Source: Narcine bancroftii
Lineage: Eukaryota
Direction: 5' to 3'
Assembly: GCF_036971445.1 (NCBI RefSeq)
Contig: NC_091473.1
Location: 206,398,001 to 206,462,000, forward strand
DNA: 64,000 nucleotides
Below, one piece after another: positions 1-11,843 of the stretch (positions within the stretch are counted from its first letter, which is position 1; each line of letters begins with the position of its first letter). Both the position numbers and the translations under genes were made by a program. The notes below the pieces were generated by a model. It had not been told where the DNA came from. It did no database searches and saw nothing but the letters and a program-made list of their open reading frames with translations.

Positions 1-202
1 CTTGATGATTGGGTGGAATAATGGCTTTGTAAATTTTCAGAAGATGCAAAGTTTGGCGGTGTTGTGGACAGCGAGAAAAATGATCAAAACTTACATGAGG
101 ATATAGGACAGTTATAATGTGCGCTGAAAAATAGCATATGGAGGTTAACACTGATAAATGTGATGTGATATAGTTTAGTCGGACTTATCAGAATAGGATA
201 TG
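1..202 (+). mobile_element. CR1-type LINE RT fragment (decayed)
   Basis: Translates to LDDWVE..CKFSEDAKFGGVVDS..EDIGQL..MEVNTDKCDV, matching the CR1 'FADDTKIGG...W.MEFN..KC' region, with stops. Confidence 0.75.
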
Positions 203-581
203 CTGGATCTTCAGCAGCGTGGACTCGATGCTGTCGACCTCTGCCATCTCGAGTACCTCGACGTTAGGGGTGTGAGCGCTCCAATGGATGTTGAGGATGG
301 AGCGGAGACAACGCTGGTGGAAGCGTTCTAGGAGCCGTAGGTGGTGCCGGTAGAGGACCCATGATTCGGAGCCGAACAGGAGTGTGGGTATGACAACGGC
401 TCTGTATACGCTTATCTTTGTGAGGTTTTTCAGTTGGTTGTTTTTCCAGACTCTTTTGTGTAGTCTTCCAAAGGCGCTATTTGCCTTGGTGAGTCTGTTG
501 TCTATCTCATTGTCGATCCTTGCATCTGATGAAATGGTGCAGCCGAGATAGGTAAACTGGTTGACCGTTTTGAGTTTTGAG
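203..581 (-). mobile_element. RTE-clade LINE internal fragment, truncated at both ends
   Basis: Near-identical to 20126-20503 of the RTE copy at 19682-20652. Confidence 0.9.
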
Positions 582-926
582 TTTCGTGGGACAGGATCTT
601 ATGGTTCTTGGATTTTCTATGTGAGGGCACTTTGCGGATCGCAGCTCACATCGAATGTGTTTCACACCTTATTTCTACACCGTTTGCCTAAAGGCACCTA
701 ACGTACTCCACGACGTCAATTTTCTCTTCACCAAACTCCTTCCATGCAGAGTTTTGTGCAGTTTTCCGTGGGACATTGTTGTAGAATAACCGTGGAGCTG
801 CATTTTCGTACAAGTGCCTTACATATTGGGTCCAATCCGAGGCTCGAGGTAATTATTTCCATCGGAAATTACGGCCGAGAAACCCAACATAAATGCGTCC
901 AATTTCTATAAAAAAACATCGCTTTG
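582..926 (+). repeat. Exact 345-bp copy of 2088-2432
   Basis: No mismatch seen from tttcgtgggacagg to aaacatcgctttg. Confidence 0.95.
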
Positions 927-1777
927 CTACTGATGTACAGCTAAATGCTGCGATGGTTTATTTTCTAGTATCAGCTCACGGCCTTGCAGAAAGACCTTAC
1001 GCATACAATCGTGGCAAATGGAAAAGACGATTCTGTCTTTAGTTACTCACAGAGAGTGCCTAACTCGCAGGGTTTCACACTGATTTTTAATTCGCCGAAA
1101 CCTGAGTATACCGACTTGCCAGGCTTGTGATATCTTATGTTGAATTTGTGCCTTTCCATTGTCAAATTTTTCAGACGGTTGGAGATCTCTCTAAATTTAT
1201 GCTTTAAATATTCGAAGTCCTCTCTTGACTCACCTAGCGGGGGAAAGGTTTCCATCACGTATTTCACCCACATATCCAAATGAGCATTCCTTTTCAATGG
1301 CATCCGTGCCCGAAAAAATTAACGAAATTTACGCTGTGGTGCTGATAAGCTTGCCATTGTGTGCTTCCACTATAAAGATGTTATATTCCTGATCACAAAC
1401 TGTGCCAGTTGTTTGCCACTGTTCAATTAAATGCAACATGTCCGTGTAGTCTGAATCCGTTCGCCATCATGACGACTGTGCAAAATGTGGTTGTCATTAT
1501 TCATTGCGTCTATGATTGGAAGTCTTCAGACTTGGGACGATTTTGTTCCCAATATGTTCGTTATTGCATGATTAAAAGCGAGTCCATTCGGCTTGTTAGG
1601 CAAACCAGATACCAGACTTAACTGAACAAAACCAAATATGCTAGTCATGCCAATACGTGATACAACTTCAGGACCCTCTCGCAGTGCTCTCGCATGCGCA
1701 GTGTGCTGTTGCGAATGCCGTGGCTGCAATGCGATTTCATAGGGTGCAGTGCAATAGATGGAAGCAGCTGTCTACAG

Positions 1778-2032
1778 CGACGATTCTTTTTCTCAGTCTC
1801 CATCTGAGGTGTGTCTGCCTTCTGTTACATCCAGCATCCTGGACATGGGCCGAGATATTTACTAAAATATTAAGCACTGGGGTGAAGACCAGTCTTTGAA
1901 TTTCCAAGACCGGTTTTCTCCTGCTTATCATAAATTATGTTGGCATTTTTCTCTAATTATCTCCTACGTCCTTGTCTCTGCGCCATGTAGCCCTCTTGAT
2001 GAGGAAGTGTTTGTGGTTTTGTGACAGGAACC
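1778..2032 (+). pseudogene. TCR alpha/delta V pseudogene, family B copy 1
   Basis: DDSFSQSPSEV, then a deletion, then AFCYIQHPGHGPRYLLK...DRFS...LCAM*. Homologous to 6602-6908. Only a nonamer-like ACAGGAACC (2024-2032) remains of the RSS. Confidence 0.75.
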
Positions 2033-2087
2033 TGCATCAATTATCAGAAAATGGAAGGGGGAATGCTGACAAAAAGAGGCGAATGGA

Positions 2088-2432
2088 TTTCGTGGGACAG
2101 GATCTTATGGTTCTTGGATTTTCTATGTGAGGGCACTTTGCGGATCGCAGCTCACATCGAATGTGTTTCACACCTTATTTCTACACCGTTTGCCTAAAGG
2201 CACCTAACGTACTCCACGACGTCAATTTTCTCTTCACCAAACTCCTTCCATGCAGAGTTTTGTGCAGTTTTCCGTGGGACATTGTTGTAGAATAACCGTG
2301 GAGCTGCATTTTCGTACAAGTGCCTTACATATTGGGTCCAATCCGAGGCTCGAGGTAATTATTTCCATCGGAAATTACGGCCGAGAAACCCAACATAAAT
2401 GCGTCCAATTTCTATAAAAAAACATCGCTTTG
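2088..2432 (+). repeat. Source copy of the 345-bp duplication (native 3' flank of the family B V)
   Basis: Identical to 582-926. Diverged homologues follow the other B copies (about 7170, 22405, 34557). Confidence 0.9.
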
Positions 2433-3752
2433 AGACCCTGTTGGCCCGAATATTGTAGAAAGTTACAATCAGAGATACAGGTCGCAGTTGTTCAAGCAGG
2501 AGTTTTCGAGGGGGTTTATGCTCTCTGCCCCTTGACCACGACAGAGGGCAGCGGGTGCTTTTATCAGGTTGGATCAATGCATAGCATTGCGGATGATAGT
2601 ATGCATCGAACATTAATTTTACAACTTTGGAAAAATAAGGGACTGTAATCATTACATTAACAGGGCCCATGTATGAAACGATGTTTTTTTTAGGATCGCT
2701 CGATGCTTCGTTCCAGAATTGGTGGGATCGTGAAAGATAGAATGAGATATCAACAGCAAAGAGAGGGTGAGATTTTGCGAGGGAGATAGAGAGGCATAGA
2801 GACAGATGAACAGAAGGAGCCGCGAAAATAGTCAACGGACATAAAAGTAGAAAATGGAAACATTCCATATTTCTTCACTTTACCACGCCAATCAAAGAGT
2901 CCCACCCACATAAACCGACTTTGCAATCGTATGTACATCAGCTCATTCGGCATCCTGTTCTACATAGACACCAGACTCTACACTTTCTTACTCTTCACTC
3001 ACCTGTTAAATGCCTCTTCCTCACCCTGAGGGTGTTGTTCCCAATTTCCTTACTCTGAGGAAAATACTTAATTTCCCTTGATGTATTCCTCTCCTGACTA
3101 CGTGTACAACTAGAAAACATCGATGACCGTCCTGGGGTCCGATTAATAAAGTATTTGCCTCCCCAACCTCTCCATATAGCTCAGGCATCGGAGTCCTGGA
3201 AACATCCTGTTAAATATTCTTTTCAATCTCTCTACATTGGCAACTTTTTTCTCTTACACGGTGAGCAAGGCAGAGCACAACAATCCAAATAGGACCTCAT
3301 TTACAATGCATAAAGCTGCAAGATTACCCTCAAACATCTCTAGTCATTAGTGGAACCGATACAGGCAAATCGGCGGAGAGCCTTGTGACGAGCATATCTA
3401 CCAGTGTAGTGATACATATTATCTGTACACCACTGTCCGGCAATATCAGACTTCTGCTATTCACTCTAGAGTTCATGACCATGTTCGATCTACGACACAC
3501 AACAGCTCACTTTTCTGAAATAAATTCCAAAAATTATGTAACTTCCGACCAGCACAATCTTTGAAGATTCCACCGCAATCTTTTTCAAACTTCTTCACAA
3601 TCTAAAACGCCACACACCCCAGTTTTAAACGAAAATTTGATAATCAGGCCAGGAACATTTTAATACAAATCATTGGTATAGATGTCAAATTCGAATAGTC
3701 CCAGTACGAAAGCCAAAATATGAATTACATCACCTGTGAGAAATTACAAACT

Positions 3753-5028
3753 GTTATTATCCAACTGCACGAAAACCAACAAGGTCGTGTCAGATACAGC
3801 AATGAGCTCTCTGAACCCTTCTCCATTAACAATGGCGTGAAGCAAGGTTGTGTTCTCGCACCAACCCTCTTTTCAATCTTCTTCAGCATGATGCTGAACC
3901 AAGCCATGAAAGACCTTAACAATGAAGACGCTGTTTACATTCGGTACCGCACGGATGGCAGTCCCTTCAATCTGAGGTGTCTGCAAGCTCACACCAAGAC
4001 ACAATAGAAACTTGTCCGTGAACTATTCTTTGCTGATGATGCCGCTTTAGTTGCCCATTCAGAGCCAGCTCTTCAGCACTTGACATCCTGTTTTGTGGAA
4101 ACTGCCAAAATGTTTGGCCTGGAAGTCAGCCTGAAGAAAACGGAGGTCCTCCATCAGCCAGCTCCCCACCATGACTATCAGCCCCCCACATCTCCATCGG
4201 GCACACAAAACTCAAAACGGTCAACCAGTTTACCTATCTCGGCTGCACCATTTCATCAGATGCAAGGATCAACAACGAGATAGACAACAGACTCTCCATG
4301 GCAAATAGCGCCTTTGGAAGACTACACAAAAGAGTCTGGAAAAACGACCAACTGAAAAACCTCACAAAGATTAGCGTATACAGAGCCGTTGTCATACCCA
4401 CACTCCTGTTCGGCTCCAAATCATGGGTCCTCTACCGGCATCACCTACGGCTCCTAGAACGCTTCCACCAGCGTTGTCTCCGCTCCATCCTCAAAATTCA
4501 TTGGAGCAACTTCATCTCCAACATCGAAGTACTCGAGATGGCAGAGGCCGACAGCATCGAGTCCATGCTGATGAAGATCCAGCTGCGCTGGGTGGGTCAC
4601 ATCTCCAGAATGGAGGACCATCGCCTTCCCAAGATCGTGTTATATGGCGAGCTCTCCACTGGCCACCGTGACAGAGGTGCACCAAAGAAGAGGTACGAGG
4701 ACTGCCTAAAGAAATCTCTTGGTGCCTGTCACATTGACCACCGCCAGTGGGCTGATATCGCCTCAAACCGTGCATCTTGGTGCCTCACAGTTCGGCGGGC
4801 AGCAACCTCCTTTGAAGAAGACCGCAGAGCCCACCTCACTGACAAAAGACAAAGGAGGAAAAACCCAACACCCAACCCCAACCAACCAATTTCCCCTGCA
4901 ACCGCTGCACCCGTGTCTGCCTGTCCCGCATCGGTCTTGTCAGCCACAATCGAGCCTGCAGCTGACGTGGACTTTTACCCCCTCCATAAATCTTCATCCA
5001 CGAAGCCAAGCCAAAGAAAGAAAAAGAA
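3753..5028 (+). mobile_element. RTE-clade LINE, 5'-truncated
   Basis: GVKQGCVLAPTLF, LLFADD, FTYLG, QLRWVGH..RM...RLPK..LYGEL motifs. Stop at 4005-4007, frameshift near 4185, GAA/A-rich tail. Confidence 0.95.
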
Positions 5029-5171
5029 TATCTAACAACCAATTTCATACTGGAAGAACACCACTTGGCTAAAAGAATATTGGCTATTTCTAAATTTTCT
5101 CGGTCGTATTTTATGCGAAAGGACATAGAACAAATACTAGAATCTATCCATTTTGTGTCCCGAGATAAACG

Positions 5172-5608
5172 TGGTTATTAGCCTGTTGTCCTACTGATAA
5201 TTTCAATGTTACCTGGGGAGTTTATCCTTAAACTGCTCCAGTGGAAACCGTGATTTTTCTTTATTGCCTGCTACTGAAGATTGCACACTTTGTTACAGGA
5301 CCATATGGCTACGATTCAAAGTCTCAGAATCGACTGAGCTGACGATTAATTGAAACTACACGACAGCACTCAGTCATGACTCTGTCATTTGGTACACCTG
5401 GTGATCAAAAGAATATACGAAGTACCTACTGAACATACTCAAAACTGGATTAGCAGAGCGAGTTATAGTTTCTCCAGACAGGTTTTCTGCTGTTTCTCAT
5501 CAGACAATTTGGCTTTCTACTTCATCAATCTTGACTCTGAGGCCGAGAGTTTCCGTGCGCCATGAGATCCACACCGTGGTGGAATATCAGCAGATATTTA
5601 TAAAGACC
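5172..5608 (+). pseudogene. TCR V pseudogene, family C copy 1
   Basis: Decayed leader, ttgttacag acceptor (5299), VIWY, DRFSA and CAMR remnants. RSS CACACCG (5570-5576), 23-bp spacer, ATAAAGACC (5600-5608). Confidence 0.75.
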
Positions 5609-6479
5609 AATACTCTGTAGTTTCCGGGATCTCTCACCAAAGGCCACATTAATCCGATAAACAGAAGTGAGCAGATGCAGATTATTTTCTTAGTTATCAG
5701 CAAATGCATTTCAAATCTTAATTGTTTAAAGGAGATGAGTGACAATCCCTTCAATTTTCCCCTTGGGTGATACGTCCACCACCTTTGACCACACACCCCG
5801 CATCCATACCTAGCACAAAACAATCAACACATTTCTTCCGGCGTTTGAACTTGGATGAGCATCGAACTAAATCTTTCTGCAAGTCTATTTTCTTTTGCGA
5901 TCAGGAGGTATCTCCCTGATTCTTCTAATCCTGTCGTACTGCTGATACTAACAATGGAATTGATAGTTTGAGGTACAACATACTTTATGCCTGTTGTGAA
6001 TCCCTGAGGAAGTGAGATACAGCGATTATGAGANNNNNNNNNNNNNNNNNNNNNNNNNNNNNNNNNNNNNNNNNNNNNNNNNNNNNNNNNNNNNNNNNNN
6101 NNNNNNNNNNNNNNNNNNNNNNNNNNNNNNNNNNNNNNNNNNNNNNNNNNNNNNNNNNNNNNNNNAGAGAGATAGAGATGCAGTGAGAGGGAGAGAGATA
6201 GATAGAATGTGAGAGAAAGAGAAAAAGGTGAGAGATAGAGAGAGTGCGTGCGAGCAATCAGAAGATTCATGGAAGTGGATCGGGTGCTGTGAAACGCATG
6301 AGGGATATTCAGAAATTTCTTGTTTTAAGTGGCCAGCGAATAGGGGACCGCAGAACCTCCCATATTCTCGTGTCAAACAATAACCTGCGACTGTTCCGTG
6401 TAGCATCAGATATCAAATGCGTGGCATTTACAGCATGAAATCTCTATGCTCTTTCCCGTTTGTTTTGGAAGCCCTCACC

Positions 6480-6947
6480 ATGTTGACTCTATGGTTCATG
6501 CTTATTATAATTTCCTTGTTTCCTGGTAAGTCCCTGTTGAAATGAATGTGTTGTGTCCTGTGACTGCGGTTCACTTTCAAGCTTATCATGTTGTGCTGCA
6601 GGTGCCTTTGGCGACGAATCTATCTCCCAGTCTCCATTTGAAGTGTAGGTGGAAGAAGGACGAACAGTAACGCTGAACTGCAGCTACCCCTCAAAATTCA
6701 ATGAATATAATGCCTTTTGTTACATCCAGTATCCCGGACATGCACCGACATATGTACTGAAAATATTAAGCACTGGGTTCGAAGACAAGGCTTCAGAATT
6801 CCGCGATTGGTTTTCAGTTACTTATCAGAAAACAAGCCGAATGGTTCCTTAAACTATGTCAAGCGTCGTTCCCTCCGATTCGGCCGTGTATCTCTGCGCG
6901 ATGTAGCCAACATTGCAGCATAAAAGCAGAAAATCCGTTCATTAACA
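6480..6947 (+). pseudogene. TCR V pseudogene, family B copy 2 (best preserved)
   Basis: Leader MLTLWFMLIIISLFP-G (6480-6525), GT-AG intron 6526-6601. V exon stays in frame (TVTLNCSY...YIQYPGHAP...SDSAVYLCAM) with stops at 6646, 6850 and 6904, and conserved Trp changed to Cys. Degenerate RSS AACATTG-23-TCATTAACA. Confidence 0.92.
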
Positions 6948-8719
6948 GTCCCTCGGAGTGATCGTGAGCTGTCATAAGATGGTGCCATTACTTCCGCGAA
7001 CAAGCAGACATGCGATTCTGTTGCACACACACATGCGAAATAAACACCTCATAGAAATCAAAGTGCCTGGCAGCTTCTATGAGGTTGAGTGTTTGTTCTC
7101 TTGGTTAAGGGAGCTGCATCAACTTTCAGAATATGGAAGAGAGCGTGCCGTGATAAAGGGGCGAAAAGATGGGATGGGAAGGTTATTTCAAGTTCTTGGA
7201 TGCATCAGGCGAGGGCAATATGCAGACCGAAATTCACATCCAATTTGTTGCACACTTTATTTCAACACTCATTTGTACAATGTCCCGTGCATTCTCCACA
7301 ATGTAAACGTCCTCTTGCCTAGTAACTTTCTCGTCCGATATCTTACAAACTAGAATTTCAATTGGGTCATTCCTCTTGAATAACCATTGAGGTGTCTTAT
7401 CGATGGCCTCCATGCGAAGGCTTTTCATAATTTTTCCTTCCGAATATGAAACCAAGTAACCGAATTTAAATGCATCCAATATTCAAAGAGTCCTTGTTAC
7501 CCGAATTGTGAAGAAATTTAATATAACAAATGCACATCGCGGTTACTGGATCAGGATGTTTCGAGGGAGTTTGTGCTCTCTGGCACTTATCCACAACAGA
7601 GAGCAGTGGGTGCTTGTAGAACGTTGGGACCAGACACAAATTTGTAGTTCATAGCATAGATCGAACATTTATATGGTAACATCAGAAAAAAGGCAAATGC
7701 AAAAGGGTTATGGTATGAAACGCTGGTTATATCCTTTTGCTTCCGTTGGAGGCCACGTGACTTTCTGTGTTTATTTAGAACATTTGTGCGTTACACTAAA
7801 ACCACATAGTCTGGAATCGTACTTGTGTAAAACTGAAATCAATTGAAGTTAGCAAGAAATATGCTTCATATGATATCGCGGTAGAATTCACTGAAAACAG
7901 GAAGTACAAGGGCCGTACAAACCCTGAAATAAGAGAGAAATGCTGGAATTCTAAAGCAATATATACTGTGTGGGGATGGTAGAGTCAGATATTAAGTGCA
8001 TGAGAGAGAGCGAAAGCGAGATAAAAACAGATGAATATATAGAAAAGGAGAGGGGGAGCTAAAAAGAGGACACCTTGTTGTAGAATTTCTGATGAACAAT
8101 TTTGTTAACATCGAGAGAGAGAGAGGATTGGGACAAAAGGTTTCCTTCGAGAAATATCGGAGAAGGGGAGAACAACATCAGCCATCAAGAGCAACAAAAA
8201 CGATGGAGTTTGTTACAGCGAGAAAGAGGTATGGAGGCAGATGGGCCGACAGAGGTGGAAAAAAGCAGTCAAATCATAAAGGAATGAAACTTACAGAGAC
8301 TTAGTGCATGAAAACAAACCATACGTCTCAAATTTTCCACACCGTTCAAACTGACCCACTCACACAAATCCAACCTTGCAGAGTTTGGCAGAGGTCCTTC
8401 TTATCCCAACCGTTTATCCGTCTAATCTGCAATATTGCTTTCGGATATACAACAACCACCACCTCAGAAGCCTGTTCTAGACACCTTCCACATTTCATCA
8501 ATAACCCGGTATATCTCTCTTCCCTTACTTTAAACCTGTGCAGACCAATTGGAACATCGACTAACTGTTCGTGTTTACCCAGGTTGGGTCGGCATTAAAC
8601 GCCATTATGATCCTATTGTCTAAATGAACATTTCAAAGTTCCCCGCTAAGTTTTTATTTTAATTTCTCCGGCAGAAACCTTAGTTTTGTTTCATTTCCAG
8701 CTACTACATTTTTTGCGCT

Positions 8720-8938
8720 TTGTTGCACGAGCATGCGGCGATAATTCGATGTTCCAGACTTGTTTGAGCTGCTGCGAGAAGTCTAACGAGCTATAAAACT
8801 GCATGGCAGTCACTGGAATGCGGTCAGTGATGACACTGTCATTTACTATATCACATGTTTCAAAGGATAGTTAAAATTGTTGAAAGGTCTTGTGAAGATA
8901 TTCAGCACTGGATCGGCAGTGAGATCTCTAGATTCTGG
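8720..8938 (+). pseudogene. TCR V pseudogene, family C copy 2, 5' part (split by CR1)
   Basis: Homologous to 5290-5480 (cagtgatgacactgtcattt..., gaagatattcagcactgga). Confidence 0.65.
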
Positions 8939-11695
8939 TACATTATGTGGACTAGCCAACGAGTGGAAAGGCCATACTGGATCTAATTAAAGTTGCGGAC
9001 CTCTAAGTGGATGCACACTTTGGTGAAAGTGGCCACAACTCCCTGGGCTTTAGCATAGTAATGGACAAAGATAACATCAGACAAAATGGAAAACTGTTTA
9101 ATTGGGTAAGGGTTAATTAGGTTGGGTTGAGGCATCAATTTGCGGAAGTAAATTGGAAAAAAATGTTCAAAAGTTAAAGTACAGAATTACTTGTAATAGG
9201 TTCATGATAGGTTTGTCCCAATGGGAGTAAATGAGAGTAAAAAGGATCCGAGTTTTCTGAAATACGAGTGGTAGCTAGTCAAGAGGAGGAAGGAAGCAGA
9301 CATTAGATACAGGAATCAGGACGGGCTCATGAGAAGTAGATGTTAGCCAGGAAGGAACTTACGAAAAGGGTTATGAGAGTTCGAAGGGGGCATGAGAAGG
9401 CTTTGTGATGTAGGATGGAAGAGAACCCAAGGCGTTGTGTGAGTACATGAAGCACATAAGGATGACGACAATGAACGTGGAGGCCGCTAAAAGATAAAAG
9501 AGTCAACATGTGCCTGGAGACGGAAGAATTCGAGAACATCCTATACCAATGGTTCCCGACTTTTTAATATCCACTCACGTACCACTTTAAGTAATCCCTA
9601 TGACATAGGTGCTCTGGGATTAGTGAGGGAGTGTATAATGTGGAAGGTGGGTGGGAAGAAAATGTTTGAAAACCGCTGTTTTAATCGTACATCATTGATT
9701 CGTTATATGCATGGTTTCTTAACTCAATGACAATGACAATGACAATTTTTCTCAAGTAAAATATATCAGTTACAATTGGGTCTTGAGCAGTGATTCTCAG
9801 CCTTCCCTTCCCACTCATATACCACTTTAAGCAGTCCCTTACTAATCAAAGAGCACTTATAGCAGAGGGATTAGTTAAAGTAGTATGTAAGTGGAAGGAA
9901 AAAGATCGAGAACCACTCTGCTAAATGGATAATTTGCTCCAGTATTCAAAGATTTAAAACAAAACACAGATCAGGGTCTGCTCGCAATAGAACTGGTCTG
10001 TAATCTGGACAATGTTGAGATTAAGGAAGAGGAGGTGTTCGAACTTCTTAAAAACATTTAAACTGTTAGGTCCCCCGGACCGCATGCAATATACATCATT
10101 TGCTGTGGTAAGCAAGGAAGAGATAGCTGAGGCAGTGGCTTTCATCTTTGAGTCCTCTTTGGCTACATGGTTGGTGTCGGATGATTGGAAATTGGCAAAT
10201 GATGTCGCCTTGTTTAAATAAAAAAGATATTAGGCAGAATGCTGGGAATTATAGATTAGTTATTTTTTCTGTTATTGGTTTTGAAACTAAAGAGGATACA
10301 TAAGGATAACAATTTGGATACATACAGTCTATTCAGGGATAGTCCACAAGGCTTTGTGAAGAGATGGTCATGCCTCACTAGTCAAAATGAATTTTTTGAG
10401 GATGCATCAAAGGTAGTATATGTATCAGGGTAGGGTGGTAGATGTGGTTTATATGGATAATTGTAAGGTATTTATGCAGGGCCCTCATAAGAAACCTGTT
10501 TGGAAAACCATTGGCTATATGGTTAAAACAATGGGCTTACATGTATAAAGCAGAGACTACTAGATGAAGGAATGTATTCTGTTTGGAGGCCAGTAACCAG
10601 TAGAATTCCTCAAGGATGTGTTTTGGGACATTTGCTTTTGTTATCTTTATAAATGACGTAGATGTAGAAGCAGAAGGATGGGTCAGTATATTTGCGTATG
10701 ATATGAAGGTTGGAGGTGTGGATGGTGCTAAAGTTTGTCATTGGTAGCAGAAAAATATAAACAGGTTACAGGGTTCGGGATAAAAGTGGCAAATGGAGTT
10801 CAACCCATATATTTGCAAGGTAATTCATTTTGGAAGGACAAACCAGAAGGATGTATACAGAGTTAATAGTCAGCCACCTATGCTTGTGTATGAATAGAGA
10901 CATCTTGTAGTCCCAATACACCCCATGGGCATTGCGCAGGTTTACAGGATAGTTAGGAATGCCTATGGGATGTTGGACTTCATTAAAATTGGACTAAGTT
11001 CAGGATTCGAGAGGTCACACTGCGACTATTATGTCCAGTTCTGATAACCACTTTGTCGGAAGGATGTTCAAGCTATGGAGGAGGTGCAGAGGAGATTTAT
11101 CAGGATGTTGCCTGGATTGAAATATATATATATTATATGGCAAAATTAGCAGAGCTGTTACTTTTTGCTTTGGAGCATAGAAGAATGAGAGGAGACAATA
11201 GAAGTCTACAAGATTATGAGAAACATAGATGTTGGAGAGCCAGAACCCTTTCCCAAGGACAGTAGTAGCAAGCACCAGTGGTCTTATTTTCATAGTAAAC
11301 GGAAACAAGATTAAGTGAATCATCTGACGTAGGACGTTTAAACACAGAGAGTTGAGGGTGCGTGAAAATCCTTTATAGGGAACATGGTGAAGTCTGAAAC
11401 GTTAGGTGCATTTAGAAGACTCTTAAACAGGCACATGAATGAACGAAATATAGGTTATGGGGTGCTGGTAAGGTTTCGTAGCTTTTTATGGAATGAACAT
11501 AGGCGTCAGTGCAACATCGAGGTTCTAATTGCCTATACTGTACTATTCAATGTTCTATTGTCAATGTTCATGAATATTGCCCACTCTCTCTGGCAGGTTA
11601 GTATTTATTTTTAATATATATATGAGGAGGCACAACATCGAGGTTCAGAGGGCCTGTATTATGCTGTCATGTTATCTGTTCTGTTCTATTCTATT
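8939..11695 (+). mobile_element. CR1-type LINE, 5'-truncated and decayed
   Basis: Remnants of DWKLANDVALFK, PQGCVLG, FINDVD, FAYDMKVGG and QRRFIRMLPG. Ends in a TTCTA/TTCTG-type tail. Confidence 0.85.
9547..9918. mobile_element. Non-autonomous DNA transposon (MITE, probably hAT) nested in CR1
   Basis: Terminal inverted repeats caatggttcccgacttt and aaagatcgagaaccactc, internal inverted sub-repeats, degenerate 8-bp TSD tcctatac/tgctaaat. Confidence 0.7.
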
Positions 11696-11699
11696 TTGC

Positions 11700-11843
11700 G
11701 GTCATCTTTTATGACGTTTACGATTCAAATAATTGGCACATCTCTTCATCTCTCTCAGTGAACCTTGTGTTTAATTCCGGATTATTTCTGTATATCACGA
11801 GACACATACTGGATCGGAGGAGCAGCGGATTAGAAGAGAGACC
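11700..11843 (+). pseudogene. TCR V pseudogene, family C copy 2, 3' part with degenerate RSS
   Basis: ...tttctgtatatcacgagaca, then CATACTG (11805-11811), 23-bp spacer, AGAGAGACC. Downstream flank is homologous to 5610-6030. Confidence 0.6.

Noticed and set aside
2088-2115. FRGTGS / WG.G-like J motif in the family B flank
   Set aside because: No upstream RSS or splice donor, and not conserved in the other B flanks.
6033-6165. ORFs spanning N runs (also at 12418, 25005, 33845, 53120 and 58054)
   Set aside because: Artefacts of masked or gap sequence; content unknown.
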